Source: Camelus ferus (Eukaryota). From it: DNA of 64,000 bases. Below the pieces are notes generated by a model. The model did not search any database, was not told where the DNA came from, and saw only the letters and a list, made by a program, of their open reading frames with translations. Positions 40,129 to 51,690 of the stretch are shown here, one piece after another. The stretch lies in assembly GCF_009834535.1 (NCBI RefSeq), contig NC_045697.1:107510001-107574000 (forward strand), given 5' to 3'. Position 1 is the first letter of the stretch, and every line of letters begins with the position of its first letter. A program made the position numbers and the translations under genes.

Positions 40129-40300
40129 CTGTGGATACAGATGAGCTAAAAGTCTGCCAGTAATACCATTGGATGTGGCTGTGGTCCTAGTTTTGAACAG
40201 TTTTCTTTAGGCACATAACAGCGAGTTCCCTTACAAATCTTCCCAGTCATACAAGACACAGGAGGAGGGGAGAAACAGAGTCACAGTGCATGTAAACAAG
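40129..40300 (-). other. SH3D19: Candidate alternative (probably non-coding) 5' exon of SH3D19; 5' boundary uncertain
   Basis: Strong donor CAG|gtaaga at 40128-40123, 1.7 kb upstream of the 40-nt exon. Non-repetitive sequence with promoter-like motifs immediately upstream. Confidence 0.55.
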
Positions 40301-40400
40301 ACTCGGCATCTGAGGGCTTCCTTCCAGGGCCTGTTCTGATTGGCAGATGTGCTACGACCAGTCTGCACAGCTGGAATGCGGCCACTCAGGAAGGGAATGG
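40270..40400 (-). promoter_or_regulatory. Candidate internal promoter: CCAAT box plus forkhead site
   Basis: Minus-strand TGCCAATCAG (ATTGG at 40339-40343 on +) and TGTAAACAA (FOX-type) at 40291-40299, just upstream of the candidate exon. Confidence 0.4.
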
Positions 40401-42140
40401 CTCATAGCTCTCCTTCTTTCTTGGTTAAAACAGGAAACTACAGTCATTTTAATACTTTCTGCTCTAGTGAAATACAAATGTCTCCCCACTGTGCTTCTCT
40501 ATTAAGAAGTAATTAAAATCCAAGACAATAACTTGATAATCTGTTGGAAGATAGTTTAAACATTTCCTCCCAAATTCACTCTTAGGGTTGTATGTGTTAC
40601 ATTTCCATGTAAATATGCGCACACAGTGTTTATAACATGTTACTGCTATGACCCATATATTTGATAAGTTGAGGGTAAGGGTAAATTACCAATTATTCAC
40701 AATTTTCCCCATCCCCTAGCTCCTGGCAATAGAGAGAAAATGAAAATAACATGCTTTTGGCTTGATCTTTTTTCTCAAAGTATACAATTAATTGGACTTC
40801 ACATTGTGCCACAAGCCATCTTTTAGCTTGAAAACATGGAAATATGTAGTGTGTGTATGTTGTGTATCTGTGTGTCTACACATACTTTTATATACTTAAT
40901 TTAAGCAAAGTAATTTTCATGACAGCCGAGACTATTGTGCAATTGTCAAGAAATACATTAGTGGTAATGCTGAATTTCTGGCAAAATAGTAAGTAGTTAT
41001 TTTGGTCCAAAAGCTAAGACTGAACAAAACAAAGCACTGAGGGCTGATTTGGGATCTGGATCTTGCCAACAATAATAAAACATTTGGATTAAAATCCCCT
41101 TAAGAAAAATGAGAACAGATCTATAGCAAACATGGAAATTTCATCTTGACTGTATATGGTGCTTTAAGCGTATGGATTCTATTTATTTCAAATCAAGTAC
41201 TCTTTGGCACATCCCCCCAGTTTTTTTTTTTCAGAGTTTCTTCTAATTTTTAAATAATTAGGAGAGAATAAGCTTGCAAAAGCTTCCCAAATTTTTACAT
41301 ACTTAGAAATCACACAAATAACTTACTAGCCCAAAGTCTCACCATTTCTATGAAGAAAGGAGCTATTAAAAATAAGAATGCCCTAACTCTAAAATTTAGT
41401 TGCCAAATGGTGCACATTTGCTGTAAACAATGCACCAACTCCAGGGGCCCACTAAGCAGACCTGATGATTGAGGTCACCCAAAGATCAGCAGGACACTCT
41501 CAGTGTGAAGGTCAGCATGGCTGGACGGCTGTGTGAAAGTCTGCTGCTTTTGTAGGTCTGCATCACACATGTGCACAAAGGCACAGAAAGAGGCACAGAG
41601 AGAGCTTGCATTCCCTGTCCCTACTCATCCATGTCTCCTGGTTAATAAAGCTGATTGAGGAAATGGAAGAATACCCTGCAAGCAGAACAAAGGCAGAAAG
41701 CAGGCAGAACTGGTGCGCAGGGTGTTGAGGGCTGTATGTGCATAAATGTCATGGCGGGGGGTGGGGGGGCAGAAGGAGAATCCATGGCACATCGAGGGCA
41801 CCGAGAAACAGGAGAGCAGCAGGAAGCTACCATGGGTCAGTGACTCTGTGTGAGAACTTCGGAACCTTTCCTGCCCTGACGACTTCTGGTTCCAAGTAAT
41901 CCAGACATGCACGATTCCAGTGTCTATACAGTTAGGCGGTACACGACCTTTGTAGAAACAGGCCCCTGTTCTCACAGGTTTTTGGGGAGTGGCTAGACCG
42001 ATTCTACTGACATTATTATTCAGAGTGATTCTGAATCTAATATGACAAACACTTAGAAATGAAGAAGACAAAAATGCAAATGTCATCTTTTGCTTTGATT
42101 AAAACTAAAAAGGCCAAGTCATTAGAATCTATTGTAAACC

Positions 42141-42282
42141 GGGGGAAGGGTATACCTCAAGTGGTAGGGTCCATGCTTAGCATACATGAGGTCCTGGGTT
42201 CAATCCCCAGTACCTCCTCTAAAAATAAACAAACCTAATTAACCCCCCCAAAGTAAAAATAAATAAAACTAAAAAAAATAAT
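42141..42282 (+). mobile_element. tRNA-Ala-derived SINE (camelid vic-1-like)
   Basis: gggtatacctcaagtggtagg...tgcttagcatacatgaggtcctgggttcaatccccagtacctcc (A and B boxes, tRNA-Ala(AGC)-like), AT-rich tail, 12-bp TSD aatctattgtaa (42126-42137, 42283-42294). Confidence 0.85.
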
Positions 42283-43769
42283 AATCTATTGTAAGACATT
42301 CGGCTTTGAGAATTTGGCTTTGATCACTTAATGGGAAAGAAAAATCACCCCCACTGAGTAGGGACTTATACTACTAACTCAAGTCAACAGTGAAAGGTCC
42401 TAAATCATTCTCTGAAATTAGTGGGAAGACTCAGTCCATGGGAATCAGTATTTATAGACACCCTTACAACAGAGTAGGAATGTGTCTTGTACCTTATACT
42501 GAAGTAGTAAAATCTCTTCTCAGAATGAGTATTACCCATTAATGGACTTCGTATCATACCCCAAAGCATTACTTACATACTCCAGCTTGGGTGTATATAC
42601 AAATAGTTTATGTTATTCTTTAAAAATGATCAATCCCACACAAATGCTTTATGCCACTCAGTATTAACTAAAAGATCCACACATTCTGAAGAACTCTTTG
42701 CAGCAACAATGTCATTACCTCTTTACTTATGATAAGCAGGATAAATAAAACAATGATTCCATCCACTAGAAGACAGAAGATATTCAGAGTTCACAGATCT
42801 TACTTTAACGACTCTTTAAATGATGGCAGAACTGGTTCTACTCAAATAGAAAGCAGAAGGAATTTTACATATCTGAGATGAGAGTTTCAGAGGATTTTTT
42901 AAAATCTTTAAATGGTTTTTACATGCAGGCAGAGAAAACAGCAAATATGTCCCCTTGAAAAGAACCCAGCATTCGTTTCACAAATCACTGACACCAGCTG
43001 ATACCTACTCACCTCCTCCTTCCAATTCCATTTCACCACTCTCCTTCAGGTGTGTTTCCAAACTGACTTTTAGCCACTTTTGAGACTCCCACAATGACTA
43101 GAATATTTCTTCTTTAAATGGTAGGTTTTCAATAAACATATTTTTGTTGTTGAACTTAAGTAAGAAAGTTACTCTGCTCTCTGTCTAAAACACCCAGAAA
43201 TGAAAGTCAACTTCTGCGAGTTACAGTACAGGAGAGCAGAGAGGCAGATGAGAGAGACATTTATGTGAGTGCTGCCTGTGCTTCTGTGGGTATGTGGAAA
43301 AGTCTGGTCTACAGCACCGTCAGTGCTGACGCCTTTCATTAATTCTAATTATAAAGGGCCTCAACTCGTTAAAATGCAGCACCCTCATCACAGGGAGGGG
43401 GAAATTAGAGAGAGAAGGGAAGTTTTTTCAACACAGGAGTTCTGTTTCATAAAAGAAGCAGACTGTGTCTGGAGTCTGTTTCCTCCATCCCATGCCCACT
43501 GCCTTTCCTGGTATTTTAGGCTCTGATCGGCACTTGTCTGGATGGTTGTGTCTCACCTGGTTTTCTGGTTCCTGTCTCTTCCCCTCCAATTCAGCCATAT
43601 TGCTGGACAGATAAGTCCATGCCTCAGAAAAACTACAAATCACTACATGCCACAGACCCTGAGATGATTCCATGAGGTGACGACAATGCCATCCTCCCTC
43701 AGTAACTGCAGTAACGCCATCACGGCGTTAGAAGGCCAGCTGTTAACTAGGTGCAGTGACTGGTGCTGC

Positions 43770-43940
43770 ACGGCAGTGGTCACACAGGTTCCTCAGCCTC
43801 TCTAAACCTCAGTTATCTCATCCTATCTTCATAGCGTTTTTGTGAGGACAAATGAATTAAAGGGTATTAAGAACTTAGCTCAGTACCTGGAACACACATT
43901 TTACGACTCTAATTCTGTTACCACTGCTCTTATTATTATT
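43770..43940 (+). mobile_element. MIR fragment
   Basis: cctctctaaacctcagttatctcatc...tgtgaggacaaatga...cttagctcagtacctgg. Confidence 0.6.
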
Positions 43941-44014
43941 ATTCATTAATGTCTGGCTCAAGAACCACCTTCTTTGTGAAACCACCCCTGATTCCTCTTT
44001 CTCTTCAACATTCT

Positions 44015-44484
44015 TGTATTTTTTTTTTTTATCATTGCTGTAACAAATTCCCTCAAACTTTGTGGCTTAAAACAACAAAAATGTATTATCTTACAGTTCT
44101 AGAGGTGAGAAGTCGAAACAGGTGATGACTAGGCTAAAATCAAGGTGTGCACACAGCTACATTCCTTCTGGAGGCTCAAGGAGAGAATCAGTTTCCTTGC
44201 CCTTTCCAGCTTCCCGAGGTCCCTGCATTCCTTGGCTGTGGCCCCTTCCTCCAACAATGCAGCGTCTTTAAATCTGACTCTGACCTCCTCTCCTGCTCTC
44301 CTCTTCCACTTTAGAGGGGCCTTATGAATACCCTGGGCTTGACAGGATAATCCAAAACAATGTTATGTCAAGGTCAGGTGATGAGGAAACTTAATTGCTC
44401 TTTGCCATTCAGTGTAACGTGTTCACAGGTTCCAGGGGTAGGACATGACTTCTCTGAGTGGGGAGCATTATTCTGCCTACCACA
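44015..44484 (-). mobile_element. MaLR solo LTR (MLT1D-like)
   Basis: ttgctgtaacaaatt...tggcttaaaacaac...ttatcttacagttctagagg...cattattctgcctaccaca. Confidence 0.8.
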
Positions 44485-45659
44485 TCCTGTCTGAACTCTC
44501 ATGCTATCTGTACCATTCACTTGACATTTAGCACAGTATTGCATTATTATTTAAAGTTTTAAGCGTGTGCCTATCCCCTTACTAATCACTGATGACGGCA
44601 GGACTCTGTCTTAGATTCTGCTTCACAGTCAGCCCTCTGCAAGTGTCTGTTGATAATGGTGATAGCCAATGCCCTCCCATTCCCTTTTCTGCCCTGCATC
44701 CTTTAGGCTGTAAGTTGGTTCACTGATATATCTGATATTGCTAAAAAAAAAAAAAGTCTTCCTAAGAATTCCCATACATTTTTACTTTTTATAAACACCT
44801 TAGTATTTAAAAGGCACCTTTGCCCTAAAATGACCCACATTTGGTCTATTCTTCTGTCTCAGAGTAGCTCTCACCCAACGGAACTACACACAGGAGAAAA
44901 AATTACAGCATATTTGAACTGGAATAAGAATCCGCTATTTAGCAATGGCTAGTACTTCTTTTTAAATAACTCTTCTTTAAAATGGTTCAACTGAATCATT
45001 TTGATTTTTGAGTTCAACTCACTATTAAAACAGGCTTTTTATGAGTTGAGTTTTTAAGGTTAGTTTCAGAGATGAAAAATCAGAACCACCACCTATACTG
45101 CTCCTTTACACCCCAAAGTGAATTTGGTAGAGACTTTAGGAAGATGGACATTTCATCAGTGCCACTCACGTCCCAGGAGGCGAGGTGATGAGGGGAGCAG
45201 AAACAGAAGTAGGCTTAGCGGCAAGGTGTCATCAAACTTCCTTGCTGCTCCCACCTCAAGCTCCCTAGTGATTCTCTTAACAATTACTTTCATAACTCTT
45301 CCTGTTACAAAAATCTCACTTCTTTTCAGCAAGTGAAACTTGTGACTTAAGAATAAATAAAAAGACTTTTTAGTTATATATAAATCTCTATTCCTTCAAT
45401 TGCCAAATCAAAAATATTAGACCCATATTCAAAATATTAGGCCAATCCTAAAGGTTTTTCTAAAGGAGTCATAATTTCACCTGGAATAAGATATGCTACA
45501 AGAAAGGTAGCCTAAAAAGTGACCCCAAAACAGAGACTGCTTTCAGTGTTTTCCCAATTGTAAAAACCTCTGGGATAGTCTCAAAGTATATTAGTATATT
45601 AGCTTAAAAGTATATTAGCTTAAAAGCTCTAAGAAATCTTGCAATGAAAACATCAGTTT

Positions 45660-45918
45660 AAAACTTATGATCACCAAAGGGGAAGGGTGGGGAGGGATAA
45701 ACTGGGAGTTTAGGATTAGCCGATAACAAACTATGATATACAGAATAGATAAACAACAAGGTCCTACTGTATAGCACAGGGCACTGTATTCAATAACTTG
45801 TAATAACCTATAATGAAAAAGAATATGAAAAAGAATATATATGTATAACTGAGTCACTGTGCTGCACACCAGAAACTAACACAACATTGTAAATCAATTA
45901 CACTTCAATTTAAAAAAA
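45660..45918 (+). mobile_element. L1 3' UTR fragment
   Basis: Same L1 3' UTR sequence as the other copies (gggataaactgggagttt...cacaacattgtaaatcaa) ending in an A tract. Confidence 0.85.
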
Positions 45919-45955
45919 TTTGTGTAACTTTAACTAGCATTTCTCAAACTAATTT

Positions 45956-48048
45956 TTTTTAAACTAAACTTGATTTACTATGTTGTACTAGTTTCTGGTG
46001 TACAGCATAGTGATTCAGTTACCATATATATATATATTCTTTTTCATTATAGGGTATTACAAGATATTGAATATAGTTCCCTGTGCTATATAGTAGGACC
46101 TTGTTTATCTATTTTATTTATAGTAGTTTATATCTACTAATCCCAAACTCCTAATTTATCCCTCTGCCCTTTCTCCTTTGGTAACTATACGTTTGTTTTC
46201 TATGTCTGTGAGTCTCTGTTTTGTAAATAAGTTCATTTGTATCATTTTTTTTTTAGATTCAACATATAAGTGCTATCATGATACTTGTCTTTCTCTTTCT
46301 GACTTACTTCACTCAGTATGAGAATCTCTAGTTCATCCATGTTGCTGTAAATGGCATTATTTCATTCCTTTTTATGGTTGACTAGTAGGTCATTGCATAC
46401 ATATACTACATCTTCTTTATCCATTCGTCTGTTGGTGGACATTTAGGTTGCTTCCACATCTTAGTTATTGTAAACAGTGCTGCTATAAACACTGGAGTGC
46501 ATAAATCTATTAGAGTTTTCTCTGGATATATATCCAGGAATGGGATTGCTGGATCATATGGTCACTCTATTTTTAGTTTTTTAAGGAATCTCCATACTGT
46601 TTTACATAGTGGCCGCACCAAATTACATTCCTACCAACCATGTAGGAGGGTTCCCTTTCTCCACACCCTCTCCAGCATTTACTGTTTGTGAATTTTTTAA
46701 TGATGGACATTCTGACTGGTGTGGGGTGATACTTCATTGTAGTTTTTGATTTGCATTTCTCTGATAATTAGTGATACTGAGCATCTTTTCACGTGCTTGT
46801 TGTCCATCTGTATGTCTTCATTGGAGAAATGTCTATTTAGGTTTTCTGCTCGTTCTTTCATTGGGTTGTTTTTTTGATTCTGAGTTTTAAGAACTGTTTA
46901 TATATTCTGGAAATTAAGCTAGTGTCAGTCATATTGTTTATAGATATTTTCTCCCAGTCCATATTTTCATTTTGTTTATGGTTTCCTTAGCTGTGCAAAA
47001 GCTTATAAGCTTAATTAGGTCCCATTTGTTTAGTTTTGCTTTTATTTCTATTGCCTTGGGAGACTAATCCAGGAAAACACTGCTATGATTTATGTCAGAG
47101 AATGTTTTGTCTATGCTCTCTGCTAGATGTATGGTGTCCTGTCTTATGTTTAATTCTTTAAGCCATCTTGATTTAATTTTTGTGTATGGAGGGAATGTTC
47201 TAACTTAATTGACTTACATGTGGCTATCCAGCTTTCCCAACACCACTTTTCTGATATTTCGTTGTTAGTATAAAGAAATGCAACTGATTTCTGTATGTTA
47301 ATCTTATACCCTGCTACCTTGCTAAATTTGTTTATGAGTGCTAGTGGTTTTGTGTGGAGTCTTTAGGGTTTTCTATGTACAGTATCATGTCATCTGCATA
47401 CATTGATAATTTTACCGCTTCTCTTCCAATTTGGATCCCTTTAATTTCTTTTTCTTGTCTGATTGCTGTGGTGAGGACTTCTAATACTATGTTGAAAAGA
47501 AGTGGTGAGAGTGGGCATCCTTCTGTTCCAGATTTTAGAGAGACGGATTTCAACTTTTCACCACTGAATATTATATTGGCTGTGGGTCTATCATAAATAT
47601 CTTTTATTATGATGAGATATGTTCCCTCAGTACCTACTATGGTAAGAGTTTTCACTATGAATAGATGTTGAATTGTATCAAATGCTTTTTCTGCATCTAT
47701 GGACATGAACATGTGGTTTTTGCCCTTTTTTTTTGTTGATGTGGAATATCACATTGACTGATTTACATATGCTGAACCATCCTTGTGACCGTGGGATGAA
47801 TCCAACTTGGTAATAGTGCATGATCTTTTTTATGTGTTGTTGGATTTGGTGCTAATATTTTGTTGAGAATTTTTGCATCTATATTTATCAAAGATATTGG
47901 CTTATAACTTTCTTTTTTGGTAGTGTCTTTGTCCGGTTTTGGTATCAGGGTGATGGTAGGTAGCTTCATAGAATGAGTTTGAGAGTCTTCTCTCTCCTTC
48001 AGTCTTTTGGAAGAGTTTGAGAAGGATTGGTATAAGTTCTTTGTATAC
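45956..48048 (-). mobile_element. 5'-truncated, internally deleted L1 including a degenerate reverse-transcriptase region
   Basis: TSD ttc(t/c)caaactaattt (45941-45955, 48049-48063). ORFs 47341-47712 (SIDAEKAFD...[16 protein letters not shown]...YADDMILY) and 47763-47969 (LIPKPDKD...[16 protein letters not shown]) are L1 RT. Deletion junction at about 47246-47248. Confidence 0.93.
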
Positions 48049-48447
48049 TTCCCAAACTAATTTGAGGATGAAACATTTCTTACAAAATCAGACTCAATAT
48101 CGGTTACCTTAGCATGAACAATTTTATCTCATTTTTACCATCCATTCCCCTGGAAACCAAAGGTCCCTTTACAGAGCTAGTATTTACATCTCCATGTCCA
48201 GCACCATGCCTGACATGTAGGTGGCACTTCTCTAATGAACTGAACTCCAACTGATGGAGGGCCAGGTACAGTATCCAAACACAAAAGGGAGAGGGAGTAA
48301 CATGAACAAATCTCCCAAACCATTCAGGTCAAACCCTGATCTTTGAAGATTATATTAAATGTGTACTTTCTTTAATCTTATCACAGATTTTCTTTGATTC
48401 TGCATTATTTAGGTTAATTAGTGCATCTTAGAATTACAGGTTCCACC

Positions 48448-49178
48448 CCTCCTACACTGTTGGTGGGAATGTAAATTGGTGCAGCTACTATGGAGAAAAG
48501 TATGGAGGCCCCTTGAAAAACTAAAAACAGATTTACCACATGATCAGCAATCCCACTCCTGGGCATGTATCCTAAGAAAACTCTAATTTGAAAAGATACA
48601 TTCATCCCAGTGTTCATAGCAGCACTATTTACAATAGTTAAGGTGTGGAAGCAACCTAAATGCCCATCAACAGATGAATGGATAAAAAAGATGTGGTATA
48701 CATAAACAATGGAATATTACTCAGCCATATGAAGGAATGAAATAATGCTATTTACAGCAACATGGATTAACCTGGAGATTCTCATACTAAGTGAAGTAAG
48801 TTAGACAGAGAAAGACAAGTATCTTACGATATCACTTATATACGGAATCTAAAAAAATGACACAAATGAACTTATTTACAAAACAGAGACTCACAAACAT
48901 AGAAAAGAAACATATCGTTACCAAAGGAGAAAGGGCAGAGGGGTAAATTAGGAGTTTGGGATTGAAATATATAAAATATATAACCAACAGGGGCCTATTA
49001 TACAGCACAGGGAACTATATTCAATACCTTGTAATAACCTATAATGGAAAAGATCCTGAAAAAGAATACACACACACACACACACACACATATTTACATA
49101 AAAGTGAACCACTTTGCTGTACACCTGAAACTAACACAACACAACACTGTAAATCAACTATACTTCAATTAAAAAAAA
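48448..49178 (+). mobile_element. 5'-truncated L1 3' end
   Basis: 18-bp TSD agaattacaggt(t/c)ccacc (48430-48447, 49179-49196); ATTAAA plus poly(A); TT/AGAA endonuclease-type site. Confidence 0.92.
49068..49090. repeat. (CA)n microsatellite within the L1 3' UTR
   Basis: Read directly from the sequence. Confidence 0.9.
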
Positions 49179-49289
49179 AGAATTACAGGTCCCACCAGGG
49201 AGGTGAGTGCATGCAGTGCCTCCATGTCTCTACTCCTTGGTCACCCCCATAGTGGGAAGTCATTTGCTATTTCAGGATGACAACCTAGA

Positions 49290-49545
49290 TGCAGGCTAAG
49301 AGCAGGAACTCTAGGTCAGACAGGCCTTGTTTTGAGTTCTTGCTCCACTGTTTATTAATTACCTCAATGACCTTAGTAAGATATTTAGCCCATGTAAACC
49401 TCAGCATCCACATGTCTTAAAGGGGATACGTAGTAGTAGTGCCCACCTCATCAAACTGAACAAGGAGTAAATAAACAAATGCACATGAAGGATAGAACGG
49501 TTGCTGACCATGATAAACGCTCTTAAATGTTTACTATCATGATAA
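49290..49545 (+). mobile_element. MIR
   Basis: gctaagagcaggaactct...tgaccttag...aaacctcag...gtgcccacctca...aaatgtttactat. Confidence 0.6.
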
Positions 49546-51458
49546 TATGAGGGGTACAGAATATTCATAGAGTTCATAATACAGTGGGTAAAATGATCTA
49601 AAAGGTTAACTATTCTTTGCTCAGTACAGATTTTTTAATTCTGTAGGATATTTTTTTCTTGCTTATTTCTGGTCAAGTGGACAGTCCAAATCTTTCCTTA
49701 TCCAATGGCTCCAGCCTCTTTCCCTTCCCCTTCCTTTTGAACAGAGGGCTACTGTGAAAAATTAATAAATACGATTTTCACTTTTTAAAAATTTTCCCAT
49801 TGCAGCCTCTGACAGAAGTGATAAATAAGCCCTAAAAGTAAGCAGCAGAAGGGAGAAAGGGAACTAAAAGGCGGACAGAGGTAGTTCCTTCTGGATGGAA
49901 ACCTGTACCAACCACAGGGCGCCATCCCTCTCGTCCCTTGAAGTCTTTTCCGTTCCTAGTTCATGCTGAGGGTGTTAAGCCCTCACAGTCATTTTCTGAG
50001 ACTCAACAACTCTAACATGAATTTCCTGAGTAGGATGAGTGGGTGATATAAAAAAATTAACCAAATACATTACAAATATCTGGCTCCATATTTTAAATAC
50101 AATGGATTTCTTTTACAAGAATCCAGAAAACAAAGATTTAAAGTATTATTTTAGGTGGCAAAAGACAGACAACATCTCTAACCACAGGCTGCTTTTTCAG
50201 TTGTTAAGGTAAAAATAAAGATGATATTTTTACCCTCCGTAAACAGCAAAAGGCCCATTCTTACTGTCTGTCTCCTCTTCCTTTACTTCGGCATGAATTT
50301 GCAGATGTCACAGTAAAGTTGTACCTTTGTAGAACTGACTGCAAAATGAGCAAACATCAGAGACCACTGTAACCAAGAGTTCTTTATCTGGGGAAGCAGG
50401 AAACAAAGGGAAGATCACATTTTTCCAAACACCAGGCACCTCACTCTGATGTGCAAACCTTTCCTACATAGTTGAGGATTTTTCTGATCTCAGTCTTCAA
50501 ACAGATTTTTATCCACAGTGGGGCAGTCTTGGTCTCTAATCTGGAATAATGAAAAACTTTTTTCTTGTAATCAAGAAAAGGTAAAGCCGCCTCCAGGCCT
50601 TGCCACGTCACCTTACCTAGGGGCAGAGAATGCATTCTTCTTGCAAGTTCAAGCCTACCCCGTCTCCTTCCTCTCCACTTTATTAACAGAGTGCCATCCA
50701 CACAACCTGCTTCAAAAGGCTACGGAACACCAACCAGAAGAATGCCTAGTGGTCCTGTTCTGCTCTTCAGCCACATGGAATGCCTCTAAAGTGCTCAGTT
50801 ATGACTCTTCACAGTGCCACACACACCCAGGACCTCTGGGTGAGAGGAACATGTCTGCTTTGAAGCCTTATTTGTTTCCCATATTCAGAAATAAAGCTTC
50901 TCCTCCACCCGCCCCACAACGCACACAGTGCCTATCACCTGTCAGCACTTAATCACTTTTTAATCCATGTTATAATTCTCTTTATCTAGGCCTTAATGCT
51001 TCCACCACTATAAGCTCCTTTAAGACAGAGCTTTACAATACCCCGGTAATCAGAGCACCCTACACACAGTAGGTAAGTCTAAGGATTTGTCATTGAATAC
51101 ACCGGTGTGAAACCTCTCCAACGCCAATGCAAACTGGACAGGCCTTTGTGTTGTGTGTTTTAGAAAGGGCTATGGGGGGGGGTTGTTATTGACTAATAGA
51201 GAAGAGAGACTGTGCGTTACCTAGAAAAACTGTCAAATAATTTTGATTTGGAATGAAAGCATTTTGAAGTACTACTTCAGAGTCGCAGAATTAGTAAAAA
51301 ACATATTCATATAATGAAAAATGCACTGTTTAAGGGGGGAGGGGAGGCAATACAATGATCACAAAGAAGCACAGGAAACTGCACAAGGGATTCGCTTCTG
51401 TGTCTCCCAGGTCATAAAAAACAGTTGAGATAAAGTCAAGAACTGTCTATCAGCATAA

Positions 51459-51480
51459 CACCACCACCACCACCACCACC
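51459..51480. repeat. (CAC)7 trinucleotide repeat
   Basis: Read directly from the sequence. Confidence 0.9.
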
Positions 51481-51484
51481 AATG

Positions 51485-51690
51485 ACAGCTATTATTCATC
51501 CAGTGTTTACTGTGTTAGAGGCATTCTTAATACATTCTCATTTAATCTTTACAGAAATCCCATGATGCAAGTCCTTTTTATTTTACTGATGAGAAAACAG
51601 AGTCTCAGAGAAGCTAGTTAATAAAAAGGGAGTATGAATTTTAAACCTGGATCTGAAGAACCCCAAAGTCCCTGCTCCTTCCACCACAGA
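51485..51690 (-). mobile_element. MIR fragment
   Basis: ctcatttaatcttt...tttactgatgagaaaacagagtctcagaga. Confidence 0.6.

Noticed and set aside
42141..42217. tRNA-Ala gene
   Set aside because: Stems are degenerate, and it has an AT-rich tail and TSD, so it is a SINE head rather than a functional tRNA.
43013..43184. Possible minus-strand cassette exon (donor GAG|gtgagt at 43012, acceptor near 43185)
   Set aside because: The donor is strong but the acceptor is mediocre, and such pseudo-exons are common in long introns; no further support.
47341..47969. ORFs with reverse-transcriptase motifs (YADD)
   Set aside because: Frameshifted pieces of a truncated, internally deleted L1; not an active or novel RT system.
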